Shown: positions 26,133 through 39,678, counted from the first letter of the whole stretch. The stretch is DNA of 63,222 nt, filler included, from Bonamia ostreae (GCA_040357525.1; 26 parts of 26 records of this genome joined end to end with filler, not necessarily neighbours in it), one strand, 5' to 3'. Notes: a model not told the origin generated them from the letters alone. Numbers and translations are program-made.

Positions 26133-26353
26133 ATATTTTCTGTTGACCATTTTAAATTTTTATAGTTCCTTGTGCACTGTCTAAAAATCTAATTTTTACG
26201 ATTCTCAAAAATAGATTTAGATAAAAATGTTCTTGTTGATTCATTAAAACGCTTTGGACAAAATTGAATAACAGATTACATGAAAAAATAGTAAATCTGC
26301 AAAGACAAAAAAGACTAATATATTTATATATAATTTTAAGAGTAAAGCTTTAA

Positions 26354-26541
26354 ATGCCGAGAAAGGGTATTTTTGCTTTGGTGCTTTTCTTTTTGCTCAA
26401 ACAAACGTGTTCGTTTCCTTCGAGGGAAGATTTCATGAACAATTGGTGCGGCGATGAAAATTGCTATGATTTGCTTGAAGTCAAAAACAGCGCCGATAAA
26501 GAAGATATTGTCAAAAAATACAAACAACTCGCCATCAAATA
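26354..26541 (+). CDS. DNAJC25: DNAJC25/ERdj7-like J-domain protein, first exon
   Basis: Signal peptide, WCGDENCYDLLEV, KKYKQLAIK followed by TA|GT donor. Confidence 0.75.
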
Positions 26542-26699
26542 GTTTAAAATTATTAATGCAATTTGTACAGACTAATTTTACTTCTTTCGATAATAATCTT
26601 TATTGTTTAATCAAATTTGTAATAGATTTTATTTAAAAACGACAACATTTCCACATTTATAAATTATGTCAAATCTTTAATCTTCACCAAAAAAAATTT

Positions 26700-26816
26700 G
26701 ATTTTTGTAAAAATTGTCTTTAAATCATTTTCTGATTTTTGTAAAATTGTCTTAAAAATCATTTTCTGATTTTTGTAAATTGTCTTAAAAAAATTTTCTG
26801 ATTTTTGTAAATTGTA
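26700..26816. repeat. Intronic tandem repeat (~30-34 bp unit)
   Basis: ttttctgatttttgtaaa(a)ttgtcttaaaa repeated to the contig end. Confidence 0.85.
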
Positions 26817-26916
26817 NNNNNNNNNNNNNNNNNNNNNNNNNNNNNNNNNNNNNNNNNNNNTTAATTAATTAANNNNNNNNNNNNNNNNNNNNNNNNNNNN
26901 NNNNNNNNNNNNNNNN

Positions 26917-29254
26917 CCTTATTTTCCCTAATTGTAGTTTTGTATTACCTGTAGGAGTTTCGGGAGTGTTTGACATCGTTACCTTTCTTTATTCTTCAAC
27001 CTGAACATTTGACAGCAGTTGGAAACTTTATGCAGCAGTCATGAGAAATACGGACATGAGGTACAGGCTGATCAAAAGTTCTACATCATTTGTTATATAT
27101 TGTCTGCCATTCCTTTTGTTTGTATTGTATTGCTTGACCCATACGTGTGAAATGTACACTAAACACATTGAAATTGATGAATTAATGTCAAGTTTATAGT
27201 CCGTAAATCTAGAGAAAAAGAAAACAAGGGAAAGGCATCTAAATGGATATAGGTGTATTTCATCCCTACATTGATGCTTCAAATTTTCATCATTGCTCAG
27301 TATTTACAAACAATGAATAATTTCGAAAGAGTATACATTACGTTTTGCTGATTTTGCGTTATTGGATTACAAGAATTGTTATATGTATGAACTATCTAAA
27401 GTCGTTTGTAAAGTACATGTTACCAGATCACTATATGTCCATTAGTATGTGTTTCATGGGTTAAGCTATTGTTCTATCTGAAAAGGGCCCATGTTCTTTA
27501 AATATTGTAAATTTGGAAACATAAAGGAGTTAATGAATAAAACATGATTTTGAATAAGAATTTCTTATATATGTATACAAAAATTCTTGACAAAATGTTC
27601 AGTCTGCTAGGTTCATACATCAAAATGGTCTGTGTGACAGAAAAACCGTCTAATATCATTTGTTTCCTTCAAAGCTTGTGTTGCGACAAATTTTCGGCTC
27701 ACTCGTAGACATGATATGTACTTTTCTCTCTTCAGTATTTTTTCAAGTTTTCAAAAAACATTTTTGGCCGGTATAAATTCCCAGTTCGAAGTACGCGTCT
27801 ATTTACGATTACGATCGCGGTATTTCAAACTATTATGGGTGTAAAATATTCTTACCCTCCCAGCGTAATTATGTCCGATTAAGGAAAAAGTAAGAGGGCA
27901 AAGAATTGAACCCCCTATGACGATCCAATTTGATCAAATTAGGATTTGGGAAATTTTGACACCCCATCCTACCAGAGAACCTTTGATAGAGCAGAAATGT
28001 TATGCCCTATCTATTTCAAGCGTCCATTTGATTTTACCATATCCAGTGGGGAACAGCTGAAAATCTTAGGGGTATTTGAACACCGAATTTAATATCATTT
28101 TACAGAATGCTAGCTTTTTGTACTGGGGATTATTTTCAGTTTTTTGTTGAAATTTTTCTAGACAAATTTTGGAAAAATGTTTTGCTTTTAAGTTTGGATC
28201 CAAACTGACCCTGCTTTCAAATATATTCGTCGTGTAGTACTACGTATATACTTGAAAATAGGGTCAATTTAGACTCAACGAAACAGTGTCTTTAAAAAAA
28301 AAATTAAACGAATAACTAAAATAAGTGCTTTTTACCCCTGGTACTAAAGAAATGAAGCCGTTCTTGCATTATTTTCCATTCCGTGCCCCATATTTTACAA
28401 TCGGCTTTAAATTTTGATAATCGATTATTCAAAATATGAATAGAAAGTAGTATATATTATCATGAAATTATTGAATGTTTGTAAATACCGAATAATCATG
28501 AAAATAAGATATGTGACTTCAATGAAGAAAATGCAACCACTTTCATTCATATATATTTCCCTTTAGCCGTGGATTTGACATTACCCTATCAATTTACATG
28601 CATCTTTTCCGCATTTCAACCAAATGGGTGAATCAATACAATATCAAATAAAGTGACAATAACATATAACAAATGATGTTTAGCTTTTGACCAATATGAA
28701 CCTTATTCTAATATTTCTGATACCTGTTTTATAACGATCTCAACTGTTGAGAAACGTCCAGGATGAACATAAAAAATAAATCATTGATATTTTACAGAGT
28801 GGCTGACTTTTGAAAAAAACTGGATGTTTAATCTTCAAATTTAGAAACTAGATGCTTTCAAGACAGCCCCTGCAATTGCAACTTGCTATTGAGAGATGTT
28901 TAGTGAACGTTCCGATGACTGAGCAATGTAAAACACTTTCTAAAGCAATGGGTGTAACCTACTAGTAGTTGTTTGTTCATCGACAGATGTGATTTTGTTT
29001 TCATCTACAACAGAAAGTTTAGCACCTATTTGATATTGATTGCATATTGTATTGTGCACGTGAAATTATGTGGTATATTATGGCCTGTTAAACTTCCAGT
29101 TTTATCTCAAACAACACACATAAATTGGAAATCCATATCGATCGTGAATTGCCATGTTTTCAGGTCAACACTTGGATGAATATATGTTTATGCTATGTAA
29201 AAACTGTGGGTAGAATTTGAAATTAAGATATAAAGACATAAATACTTAACCGAC
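26917..29254. other. Gene-less contig, probable host/animal DNA
   Basis: No coding structure. Confidence 0.65.
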
Positions 29255-29354
29255 NNNNNNNNNNNNNNNNNNNNNNNNNNNNNNNNNNNNNNNNNNNNTT
29301 AATTAATTAANNNNNNNNNNNNNNNNNNNNNNNNNNNNNNNNNNNNNNNNNNNN

Positions 29355-30785
29355 AAAATTGTGCGTTGTTTGTTTGGAAAATTTTGAAAATAGCGACGAT
29401 CAAAGAAACGCTGCCATTTCTTGTTTGTTTAAAAGTTTCAAACACTGTTTTTGGGAATTGAGGTTGAAAAATTCTAACATATTCAACAACATTTAAAGAA
29501 AAGAATGTGCGGAAAATTTTGTGTCGATTTTTAAGACGATGAAAAAAGATAAAAAGGGGAAATTAACGGAATGTTTCTTGAAGTTATTGGAAGACGAAGA
29601 GGAACAAGTTTCGATTTCTGCGATTAAACAAATTGTCGATTTGTTTTCAATAACCGGAGACGATTTTTTCGAATTTAAAGAAAATATTTGTTTCATTTTT
29701 AGCCGAAAATATTTGTTCATTTTTAGTCAAAAATATTTTTGGCTAATTTTAAAAAATTAGATAATCGTTTGAAATTAGCGGCAGAAAATCAACAATTTTC
29801 AGTGATGAATAATGTGATTTCAGAACAATTGGGAGATTTGGTTAAAGTCGAAACTAAATTTAGCCAAGAAATATTAGACTTGATTAAAATTTATCTTAAT
29901 TCCGATCAAGAAATATTAGTCGTTAATATACTTTCGAAAAGTAATTTACTTTTAAACGTTTTTAAAATTTTTTTTGTCAACCATTTTATGCGAATATTAA
30001 CGATTTGCATATAAAATTTTTAATATAATTAGCATATTCGGATTTTTAAAATGGTCGATTCCAAAATATAAAAATCTTAAATTTTCATAATTAAAAATTT
30101 TGTAATAAAATTTTAAAAATCGATTTCAAATTTTAAAAAATTTGCAATAGAAAATGGGCTACCAAAACTTTGTTGCTCATTTTAACGAGCCGTTGTTGAA
30201 AATTTCCGATAGTTCAAACTGGAGATTTCGCCTTTCCGCTTTAAAGACGATCTCTCTTCTTTCCGAAAAACTGGTTTTCGGAAACAAAAATTTAAAAATC
30301 ACAACAAAAAAGACTGAAACGGAATTCGAACAATTTATTAAAACTCTAGAAAAGCTTTTAGAAGACGAAACTCAAAAAATTCGCGAAGAAAGTTGTTTAA
30401 TGTCTTGGAAATTGTTGAAAAAATTTGGTTTTGAGTGGTCTTCGAAAAACGTTTTGCCGTTTATTAGAGATCTTTCCGATGTTCAAAGATATTTGCATCG
30501 GATGACCCCACTTTTCTTTCTATTTGTTTTTACTTTAAACGCGGCAAAAAAGCGCTTAAAAAATGCATTAACAAATTTTAAAAAATGACAACAAAAAAGC
30601 AAATCGAAGAAAAAGTGGATGACCGAATGAACGATTTTGTAATAAAAATATTTAAAAAATTGCTGAACGACCGAATTTCAAACGTGAAAGATTTTGCACT
30701 CCGCGTTGTCGACAAGATTTCACCTTTTTTAAACACGGAAATTGCAGCTCTAGTTTTTGAAGAAAGCAAAAGCGCTCGACAATAA
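29355..30785 (+). CDS. PP2A scaffold subunit A (PR65)-like HEAT protein, C-terminal part, divergent
   Basis: SNWRFRLS, KKFGFEW, YLHRMTPLF, DRISNVK motifs; several GT-AG introns. Confidence 0.8.
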
Positions 30786-30899
30786 ATTTTGTAATTTTTG
30801 TGAAAATTATTGTGAAAATTATTGTAAAATTGAAATTTATTTGTGATTTCTTTTAAGGCATTTATCCAAATTATCGAAAATGACAATTTTGTCAGATTT

Positions 30900-31498
30900 C
30901 AAATAACCAATTTTCTTTTCAAAATTTATTCTCACTTTCTCTTCGTCTTCAAAACTTCTCAATTTTGATAATTTTCTATTATTTTAAAACCGATTTTTGA
31001 TGCAATAATTTTTATATAAAAAATATTTTAAAAATAATTTTAAGAAACAATAATTTTTTATTGTCAGATTTTCGAACTACGCAACTATGTTTCTTACAAA
31101 AAGCCAACAAAACATTTTTTCTCTCTATTTTAATCACCTTTTCGATTTTAAAGTTTAGCCAAAATTTGACTAATTAAAAAATTTAGCCGAACCTTCATAA
31201 AGAAGCCCTGGAAAAGTCCGCAGATCGGATGAAACATTGTTGAGCATTTCGAACTGCATTGGATGGAAGCGCCGCCCGTTCGGATGCAATATCGACACGG
31301 GAAAACTCTTCGAAAATTGGTTTTCTCGACGTTTTTGGCGATTGCTAAATTTTGGTCGAATTCAATTTCCGGAATCCAAATGGCGCAAGCGATATGGACA
31401 AATCGCGGCGTTTCCGATTGGATTTGGATGAAAGCGCCGCCGAAGCGATTGCAAAGGTCACATTTTTTGGGAGTTTTTTGAACTTTGCAGCTTTTCAA
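30900..31498 (-). CDS. Extended PHD (zf-HC5HC2H) protein, BRPF/Jade/Nto1-like, partial
   Basis: CDLCNRFGGAF...HIACAIWIPE...CRYC...GASIQC...C...FHPICG. Confidence 0.85.
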
Positions 31499-31689
31499 GT
31501 TTCGATTTTTATAAAATTTTATTGTTCGATTTTTATAAAATTTTTATTGTTCGATTTTTATAAAATTTCATTGTTCGATTTTTATAATTTTATTGTTCGA
31601 TTTTTATAAAATTTTTATTGTTCGATTTTTATAATTTTATTGTTCGATTTTTATAAAATTTTATTGTTCGATTTTTATAAAATTTTTAT
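31499..31689. repeat. Minisatellite (~22-24 bp unit)
   Basis: About 8 copies of ttattgttcgatttttataa(aa)tt running to the contig end. Confidence 0.95.
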
Positions 31690-31918
31690 NNNNNNNNNNN
31701 NNNNNNNNNNNNNNNNNNNNNNNNNNNNNNNNNTTAATTAATTAANNNNNNNNNNNNNNNNNNNNNNNNNNNNNNNNNNNNNNNNNNNNTTTTAGCCATT
31801 TCTAGATAAGATTTAAAGGAATTTAAAAACAATTTTTTAACATGTTTGTATAAAATACACAGAATCGCACTTTATCCTGACGTAATAAAATAACAATAAA
31901 GAACAAACCATAATTGAA

Positions 31919-32788
31919 ATGTACAAAATAGTTCCTTTTATTGAATCTTTATGGAAACTAGTAAACGACGAGAGAACTGAAAACATCATTAAATGGGTCA
32001 ATCCGTCCGCCTTTGAAATCACGGACATCAATTTGTTGGAGTTGTTGTTGCCGTCGTTCTTCAAACACAATAAATATTCTAGTTTCGCAAGACAGTTAAA
32101 TTTGTACGGATTTGAAAGATCCAAAACGTCTCAAAACCGAATGATATGGTCGCATCCGATCTTCTTACAAGGAAGACATGACTTACTAAAGAAAATAAGA
32201 AGAAAAAGTAAAAATTCGCAGTCGGTACAGATTCTGCCTTTAAACAACGAATTTTCACATACAAAAACGATTTTTGGTGAAATGGATCAAGGTCAAAAAG
32301 ATAAAGAGCTCATCATAAAAAAAATGAGAAAAGAACTGGAAGTTTCTAACAACAAAGCAAAATTGCTTGAAATCCTTGTGTACCGCATATACAAATTCTT
32401 TTCAGAAGACAAAAACGGCAAAATGCTTGAACCAAACCAACATTTCAAAAATTTTCTAAACAGAAATAACGACATTGATGTAAAATCTTTATTAGATTAC
32501 AACAAAGAAAAAACGATTGACGAGAAATTTGGTGAACTGTTGCCCAAGAACACTCCCTCGAAAAATTCACAAAGATCGATCATATCTGAATACTTTAATA
32601 ATGAAATTTTGCCCGCGCCAACGCCAAACATTGTACAATATCCAAAAAACTGGCCAAAATTGGATATCTTTGACATGTCCAAAAATAATTTGGATGCAGC
32701 TGATAGCGAAATGAAAAGCATCCAGAATTTTGAGAATGTTCATTTTCGGAATTTTAATTTTTTAAAAGCATTTTATATGTCAATTTGA
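31919..32788 (+). CDS. Heat shock factor family transcription factor
   Basis: FIESLWKLVND...LPSFFKHNKYSSFARQLNLYGF...HPIFLQGRHDLLKKIRRK; 3' end may be spliced. Confidence 0.95.
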   Translation: MYKIVPFIESLWKLVNDERTENIIKWVNPSAFEITDINLLELLLPSFFKHNKYSSFARQLNLYGFERSKTSQNRMIWSHPIFLQGRHDLLKKIRRKSKNSQSVQILPLNNEFSHTKTIFGEMDQGQKDKELIIKKMRKELEVSNNKAKLLEILVYRIYKFFSEDKNGKMLEPNQHFKNFLNRNNDIDVKSLLDYNKEKTIDEKFGELLPKNTPSKNSQRSIISEYFNNEILPAPTPNIVQYPKNWPKLDIFDMSKNNLDAADSEMKSIQNFENVHFRNFNFLKAFYMSI

Positions 32789-32875
32789 AACAGCTTCAAA
32801 ATTTTTGCAAATCACATATTTTGCGTTAGTTAATTTCAATATATTTGTAAACTTGCAAAATAGCTTTAAAATGAA

Positions 32876-33199
32876 ATGTTTGATGTAAATTATTTGATAA
32901 TAAAGAATCATGGTGATTTCTTGAACGAAGTCGAAAATTCAAATAATATGAATTTGAGGGGGAAAATTGATTTGATAAGAATAAATAACAAAGAGATTGA
33001 TTTCCAAAAATCAAAAATAACTGCAGAATTGCTCCAATATTTGCGCTATCTTTTGAGAATGTATGCAAAATCGAATGATAAAATAAATTTGAATGACTTT
33101 AACGGATTCGGTTGTTGGTTCAAAAACGATTTGACTGGAAACAGAATCGGTTTTGGAGCAGACGAACAAGGAATTTTCCTTTATAATTATAATAAATAA
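32876..33199 (+). CDS. Orphan 107-aa protein
   Basis: Clean ATG-to-TAA ORF. Confidence 0.5.
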   Translation: MFDVNYLIIKNHGDFLNEVENSNNMNLRGKIDLIRINNKEIDFQKSKITAELLQYLRYLLRMYAKSNDKINLNDFNGFGCWFKNDLTGNRIGFGADEQGIFLYNYNK

Positions 33200-33543
33200 T
33201 ACATTTTTTAATTTTTTTGTTTACATCTTTTTCGCTTTATTTGATCCGTAAGAAAATTTTGTTCATTGCATTGCGTTTATAAGAAAATTCTGTTCCATAA
33301 GAATCTGCGAGAAAATAATTTTCACAACCTAAAAAAATCTTTTGATTATGTCAAAGTGACGAAATAATAAAATTTGAAATCCGATTAAATAATTATTTTT
33401 AAAAAAATAATTTTGTTTTTCTGGAAATAATGGTTGGGCAAATTTTAAAGTTGCACGTTATTTAAAGGCGCTAAAAACGTTATAATCTGTAATGATTCAA
33501 TTGTGCATGGCAGCGATTTTAGAATATTGATAAAATCGAAAAA

Positions 33544-34106
33544 ATGAAAGGCAAGATAAATGCAAAATCAAAAGGGAGTTTTGATGATAATATTGAATTG
33601 ATTCAAAATTCGAAAAAAGGAGATGAAAATCAATTTTATGTAAACAAAATTGGTCATTGTAAAATTATCAAAAGACAAGTTAAAAATAATTATGAAAAAC
33701 GCAGAAGAAAACTGATCAAAATGAAATTTGAGAATTTGAAATCCATTTTAAACTGTTTTTCCGTAGCAAAGATTATTTAAGCATTCAATTATTTAAAAAT
33801 TAAAGCAATTTGGTCTAGATTTGAAAAAGCATTCAATCATTTTGTAACATGGAACATTAAAAAATTTACAAAATTGAATAAAGTGTAAAATTAGATAAGA
33901 AAAATGGCAGAACAATGATATTAAAAAAGTGCATTGAAATGATTAAAACATTACAGGCAGAAAACGATTCTTCTGCAAAAGAATGTAGTGATTTGGAATA
34001 TATTAATGGCTTTGTGAGATCTGAACTTTTAAGAACTAAAAATTCTTTAAAAAATATAAATTTAGATTTTTTAGAGAATATTTCGAGTCCCTTGCAAAAT
34101 GAGTAA
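33544..34106 (+). CDS. bHLH(-ZIP) transcription factor
   Basis: NNYEKRRRKLIKMKFENLKSIL, intron, RTMILKKCIEMIKTLQ. Confidence 0.8.
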
Positions 34107-34223
34107 ATTTATCTTTTTCTCGTNNNNNNNNNNNNNNNNNNNNNNNNNNNNNNNNNNNNNNNNNNNNTTAATTAATTAANNNNNNNNNNNNNNNNNNNNN
34201 NNNNNNNNNNNNNNNNNNNNNNN

Positions 34224-36555
34224 CTTTTTAAGTAATATTAACAAAATTTAGAATATTTTTAAAAAATGGAACAACTTGTCTCAATACGCTTCTTTAAACG
34301 TATTTTCTCCAGAATACTTTTGCCAAAACTTTGAAATGTCGCTCAAAAATTGCAAAGAAGTTCGATTATATAACAAAATCAACGAATGGATAATTTTCGG
34401 ACTATTAATGTCCTTGAAAGAATTAGCAAATCAAGAAGTGTACGAAATGTTTAAAAGTGCGTTTGCAAATTCAACTTATCAAATTATCGGTTATGGAATA
34501 GTTTTATTATTTCAAGCAAATTTTAATAAAAAAGAAAGTAAAAACTGCTGATATTTATGCGAAAATGGCAGATTACGCGAATGCATTGAAAATTTCGCAT
34601 TTTAAATCAAGCCTAAAGTTAATTATAAAATTTTGCCCAATTTTATTAAAAAGTGGTGAAAATATTTGGGAAAATTTTAATTTTTGAAATCCGATAAATT
34701 TTGTTATAAATCCAAAAATTATGAAAAGAGAAGAAATTGCAAGACCAATTACATTAAATCGTCTTATTGCAAAAATGACATTGATCGTCGACAATATCAA
34801 CAAAATGACAAATTTTTTGAACGAAGCGCCATTTAATCACGCTCGCTATTTCGAGATAACGTTGACAGCTTTGGAGACGTTGGGAATAGAGATAAAGATT
34901 TTAGCGGCGAATATTGACGCTGAAAACATGAAGGATGCTTTAAATTCTCTCGCGGCAAAAAAATTGTTCAAAGCGATTCATTGTCTTTATGTTTTGGCCA
35001 AATCTGCAAAAAAGTATTCAAAATGTTTCTTTTCATTTGATTATTTTTGCCATTTTGGCAAATTTTAATTGCTTTTGCCATTTTATTGTTTTGGCAAATT
35101 TTAGTTGTTTTGCCATTTTATTGTTTTGGCAAATTTCAATTGTTTTCGACATTTTTTGTTTTGGCAAATTTTAATTGTTTTCGACATTTTTTGTTTTGGC
35201 AAATTTTAATTGTTTTCGACATTTTATTGTTTTGGCAAATTTTAATTGTTTTTGCCATTTTAGTTGTTTTATCTGTTAAATTTTTAAAAACTGCGAAAAT
35301 NNNNNNNNNNNNNNNNNNNNNNNNNNNNNNNNNNNNNNNNNNNNNNNNNNNNNNNNNNNNNNNNNNNNNNNNNNNNNNNNNNNNNNNNNNNNNNNNNNNN
35401 TTGTTTTTGCCATTTTAGTTGTTTTATCTGTTAAATTTTTAAAAACTGCGAAAATTTGTTTAAAATTAATTAAAATATTACAAAATTAAAAAAAATGAAA
35501 TCCAAAAGTGATAAAAGAGCACTTTAAGCGAAAAATAAAAACTGAAAATGTCGCAAAAATAAGCGAACTGTTGCAATCTTTGAAAGAATTCAACTTTTAT
35601 AAAGAGAATCCAGAAAAATTGGACTGTGTCGATTCATTAATTTCATTACTGTCAAAAGGAAATATTTCATCAAACTTAAAAGTTCACAAAATTTTTATAA
35701 TTAGCAAATTAAAATTTGTCTGGAAAAATCTTCAACGATAAACAGTTTTGTGGTTAACCAAGAAATGCAAAACGAAGCGCTAAAATCCGGCTCATTTTCA
35801 ACAGAAATAAAACAAGGACATAAAACAATCCGAAATGTCTCGGCTCTTCTATTGACATCTATTCACGATGTACAGGAATATCTAAGTTACACAAAAAACG
35901 TTGAAAAAGTTGTCGACAGATTTTCGTCTATCGAAGACATCTGTTTTGATAGCGAGACCAAAAATGTTTTTAGCTAAATTTTAATTAGACGTTTATCAAG
36001 CTCTACAAAAGCAATCCTTATCTTTTCGAAGACGGCTTCGATTTTTTGGGTTGTTTTTCACATTCCATTCCAATTCCCAGAGAAGTGATGGTGAATTTTT
36101 AGCTTTTTGTCTAAATTTTACTAAATTTTGCAATAATTAATTTTTCGCAAATTTTGTCAATTTAAAAATTATCTTAAAATTTCGAAAAATTAAATTACAA
36201 AATTAACTAAAATTTAGGAATATAAAACTAAAACGCATTTGGAAATGTTAATCCAAATTATCGATAGAACAAAACAAGAATTCAGTTTGCACATTGAAGA
36301 CCAACTCAAATTCCAAAAAGAAAAAGATAAAACTGAATTAATAAAATTTGACAAAATGTAAATTTTTTATTTCTAATTTTAAGACAATTAAAATTTTTGC
36401 AAAAAATAATGTTAAAAAGATTGAAAAGCAGAGCAAACGTGGCGATAAATGCAATGAAGAACTTTGACAAAATCGAAAAAGTTAAAATAAACAGTCTCGA
36501 AATTTATCCAATAAACGTTTTTTTAAATTTAGCCAGAAGATCTTAAAAGATTACT
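34224..36555 (+). CDS. Internal fragment of a large helical hypothetical protein
   Basis: Successive + strand exons joined by GT-AG introns across the contig. Confidence 0.55.
35040..35280. repeat. Intronic minisatellite (~36-37 bp unit)
   Basis: catttt(a)ttgttttggcaaattttaattgtttt units; adjacent N gap with duplicated flank. Confidence 0.9.
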
Positions 36556-36655
36556 NNNNNNNNNNNNNNNNNNNNNNNNNNNNNNNNNNNNNNNNNNNNT
36601 TAATTAATTAANNNNNNNNNNNNNNNNNNNNNNNNNNNNNNNNNNNNNNNNNNNN

Positions 36656-37145
36656 GAAAATTTTCTCTCGACATTCACTCATTTTATTAACGATGACATT
36701 CAGTCGTCTTCGCATCCATTTATAAGCTAAAATTTAGTAAACTCTACTTCAACTGTTTTCCTTTTCAAGACAATCGCAAAAATAGAAAATAGAAAATTTG
36801 CACATCCTTCAAATAGTTTCAGTAAGAGACATATGAAATCCTCTACATGGCGACCACGAAAAAAGATCAAGCCAATGTCTGTCCCACAATCTTACGGATG
36901 GACAACAATTCTTAACAGCTTTTGAGTTTAAAAGCTGTTTCGATCCAAAAGACGGCGAGAAAAAGATAAATGTCGGTGCTAAAATGGCGGTCAAGAACAT
37001 AATTTGTAGACGAGGCGTTTTATTTATGCGCCCCAAAAACTATTTTTTGCTTGGAGGAGATATTACAAAAACGAAAAATGGGATTGACAGTCGAATAAGT
37101 TTAGATTTCGACGATGTTGAGGATTTGTTTGATTTTTGTAAATGA
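36656..37145 (+). pseudogene. RMI1: RMI1/TDRD3 OB-fold gene with in-frame stops
   Basis: ILQIVSVRDI*NP...LTDGQQFLTAFEF...GAKMAV...RRGVLFMRPKNYFLLGG; TGA at 36834-36836 and TAA at 36728-36730. Confidence 0.65.
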
Positions 37146-37377
37146 TTTTAAAAATCGATTCTATTTTTCAAAACTCCTTTTAAAATACTTTTTGGTCAAA
37201 GAATTTAATTGCAAAATTATTGTAATTTTAGACAAAATATAAAAAAAAGAATTTTTGCGTTTTATAGACAAAATTACAAAAATTATTGAAAATTTAACTT
37301 TTTACTAAATTACCAAATTTGCAAATTAAATTTGTAAAGACAGTTTTTACAAAATTTGCAAATAAAAAATAGCCGAA

Positions 37378-38987
37378 ATGGCCCGTAAAACTAAAAATGT
37401 CTATATTCATGTTGGCAACTCAAAATCTCGATATGCGAATCATGAAATATGTCATTTCTGCAATCCGCCCAAACAAAGTTGGCTAAAAAGAAATTTAGCC
37501 AAAATCGGTTGTGTAAAATCTTCAAGTAAAAATAAAATCGTTTCGACAAGATATTCGGCGATTACATTTTTTCCAATGTCGTTTTTGAACCAATTTCGCA
37601 AATTTGCGAATATTTATTTCACTTTGTTATTCGTCATTTCTTTGACTAATTACTCTTCCAGAAATTCGTTTTTCTCTTTCATTCCGATTTCTTTTGTTTT
37701 TGCTAGTTCCATTTTAAAAGATTTGTACGAATTTTTGGTTTATTTAACTTTTCAAAACAAATTTGCTGAAACCAATTTTATAAAATTTTTGTTGCGATAT
37801 AAAGATGTTACGAAGAGAAGACAAAAAGGAAAATGAGCAAATTTCAAAATGTTTCAATTTTGAAAACGACAATTGGGAAAATATTAAACGAAAAGATATC
37901 AAACCAGGCGATATTTTATGGCTCGGTAACAATCAAGATTTTCCAGCTGACGTTTTATTGTTGCAATCTGAACTTTCTTCTGGTTTATGTAGCATCAATA
38001 CTAGAAGTCTTGACGGGTTTTTAATATTTTTGGCGTTCAAGATTTTTTGAATTTTAAATTTAATTGATCGCTTTTTAACCAATTTCGCCGATTTTTTAGT
38101 TAATTTTTCATTTTTGTGATTTTTTGATCGATTTTTATTGCTTTATTCAATTTTAGTGCTTTATTATCTTTTCTCTCATTTAATGTTTCATTTTTATTTT
38201 CACTTAATTGGAATTCGAATAAAAGGGAAAACAATTTAAAAATAAAAAAATCTATCGCATCAGAAAATCTTTTTACGAATGACGGCAAAAAAGCCATTTT
38301 TCGTGACGGCGTAAAAGGGTATATAGAAAGTCAACCTCCCAGCGCCAGACTTGATTTCAATGGCTGGAAGGGAACGCTTTGTCTCACTGAAAATGAAAGT
38401 ATTGTAAAGACGCCATTAGACATGTCCCATTTTATCATCCAAGTAACAATTCTTGCTAATTCTATATTAATTTTTAGGCTTAATTTAACTACTAAATTTT
38501 TGTTTTAATTTTGTTGTTTTTCTTGACTTTGATAAAAAAGGGAAGTGTTCTTAAAAACACGGAATGGGTAATTTGTTTGGCATTGTTTACTGGCAACAAT
38601 ACCAAAATGCAACAGCAAAACAGAATTAAAAAACCAGTTGTAAAGAGCAAAGTTGATTTTTTGATCAATAATGAATTTTAAATATTTGATCACAAATAAA
38701 TTTTATAAATAGTCTGAAAAAATAGTTGAAAAATTTATTTTGTTTCTTATTTTGACACAAATTTTGTTGATTGCTTTGGGGTGTTTTCTTAACTACATAT
38801 TCTACAAATTAGAGAATATTTGGTACTTTGAAAATTTTACTCCTTCAAAAACAGAATATTTTGCGTACAGTTTTTCAATGATATCTTTATTGGAATCTAA
38901 TAGTTTTTAAATTCTCTTTTTTAATATATTTTTACTGAAAAATCGTTTTAATAAATTATTTGCAAAAAATTGCAAATTGAACAAAGA
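37378..38987 (+). CDS. P4-type ATPase (phospholipid flippase), N-terminal part
   Basis: NKIVSTRYSAITFFP...QFRKFANIYF, FPADVLLL, TRSLDG|ENNLKIK, GSVLKNTEW...FTGNNTK. Confidence 0.95.
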
Positions 38988-39127
38988 NNNNNNNNNNNNN
39001 NNNNNNNNNNNNNNNNNNNNNNNNNNNNNNNTTAATTAATTAANNNNNNNNNNNNNNNNNNNNNNNNNNNNNNNNNNNNNNNNNNNNAAACCGTTTAAAC
39101 CTCAAATTGAAAGTAGTTAAAAACTTT

Positions 39128-39440
39128 ATGTCTGATAATACAGTTACAGAACTTAATGCCAAAATGAAAAATCTTTCGATCAAACGCATTAAAAGAAAAA
39201 GTGAAGACGATGAACTTAAATTGTTGTACAAAAAAATTATGCCGGAAATCGGAACTTGTTTTAATTTGACCTTTTTTAATTGAAGACAATAAAAATTATG
39301 TTGGATACGACCCCGATGACATGAGCAAACTCGCATATTTGGATCAAGATAATTTTGAGGTTGACAACATTCTTGAGATCACGGCACTTTTGAAGAATAC
39401 ACATCTTGACGATAAAGACCATCTTTCATACTTTTGTTAA
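39128..39440 (+). CDS. Small hypothetical protein
   Basis: Two exons joined by a 28-nt GT-AG intron give an open frame ending SYFC*. Confidence 0.5.
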
Positions 39441-39678
39441 ATTGTAAATGTTGAGATTTTTCTTATTTTATTTTTCAAACCAATTTATTTTTAATAATGT
39501 CGGTTTGCGGTTACATTATAAGCAAAAATATCGCTAAAATCGTCACTAAAAGAAAATTCTAACAAATGACTTTATTTGCAGCGAAACCGAACATCAGAAA
39601 AATGATTTTTATTTAAAGAAAAAATGCAAAATATCTTTAAACAAAGAGATGAAAAATCCAATAAGAAAAAATTTATTA

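Noticed and set aside
31499-31689. CRISPR-like array
   Set aside because: Head-to-tail units without unique spacers, eukaryotic context, no cas genes.
36834-36836. Genome-wide stop-codon reassignment
   Set aside because: Conserved genes use TGG for Trp and end normally at TAA (RPL37A, eIF6), TGA (RING gene) and TAG (CWF19L1); no other conserved gene has internal stops.
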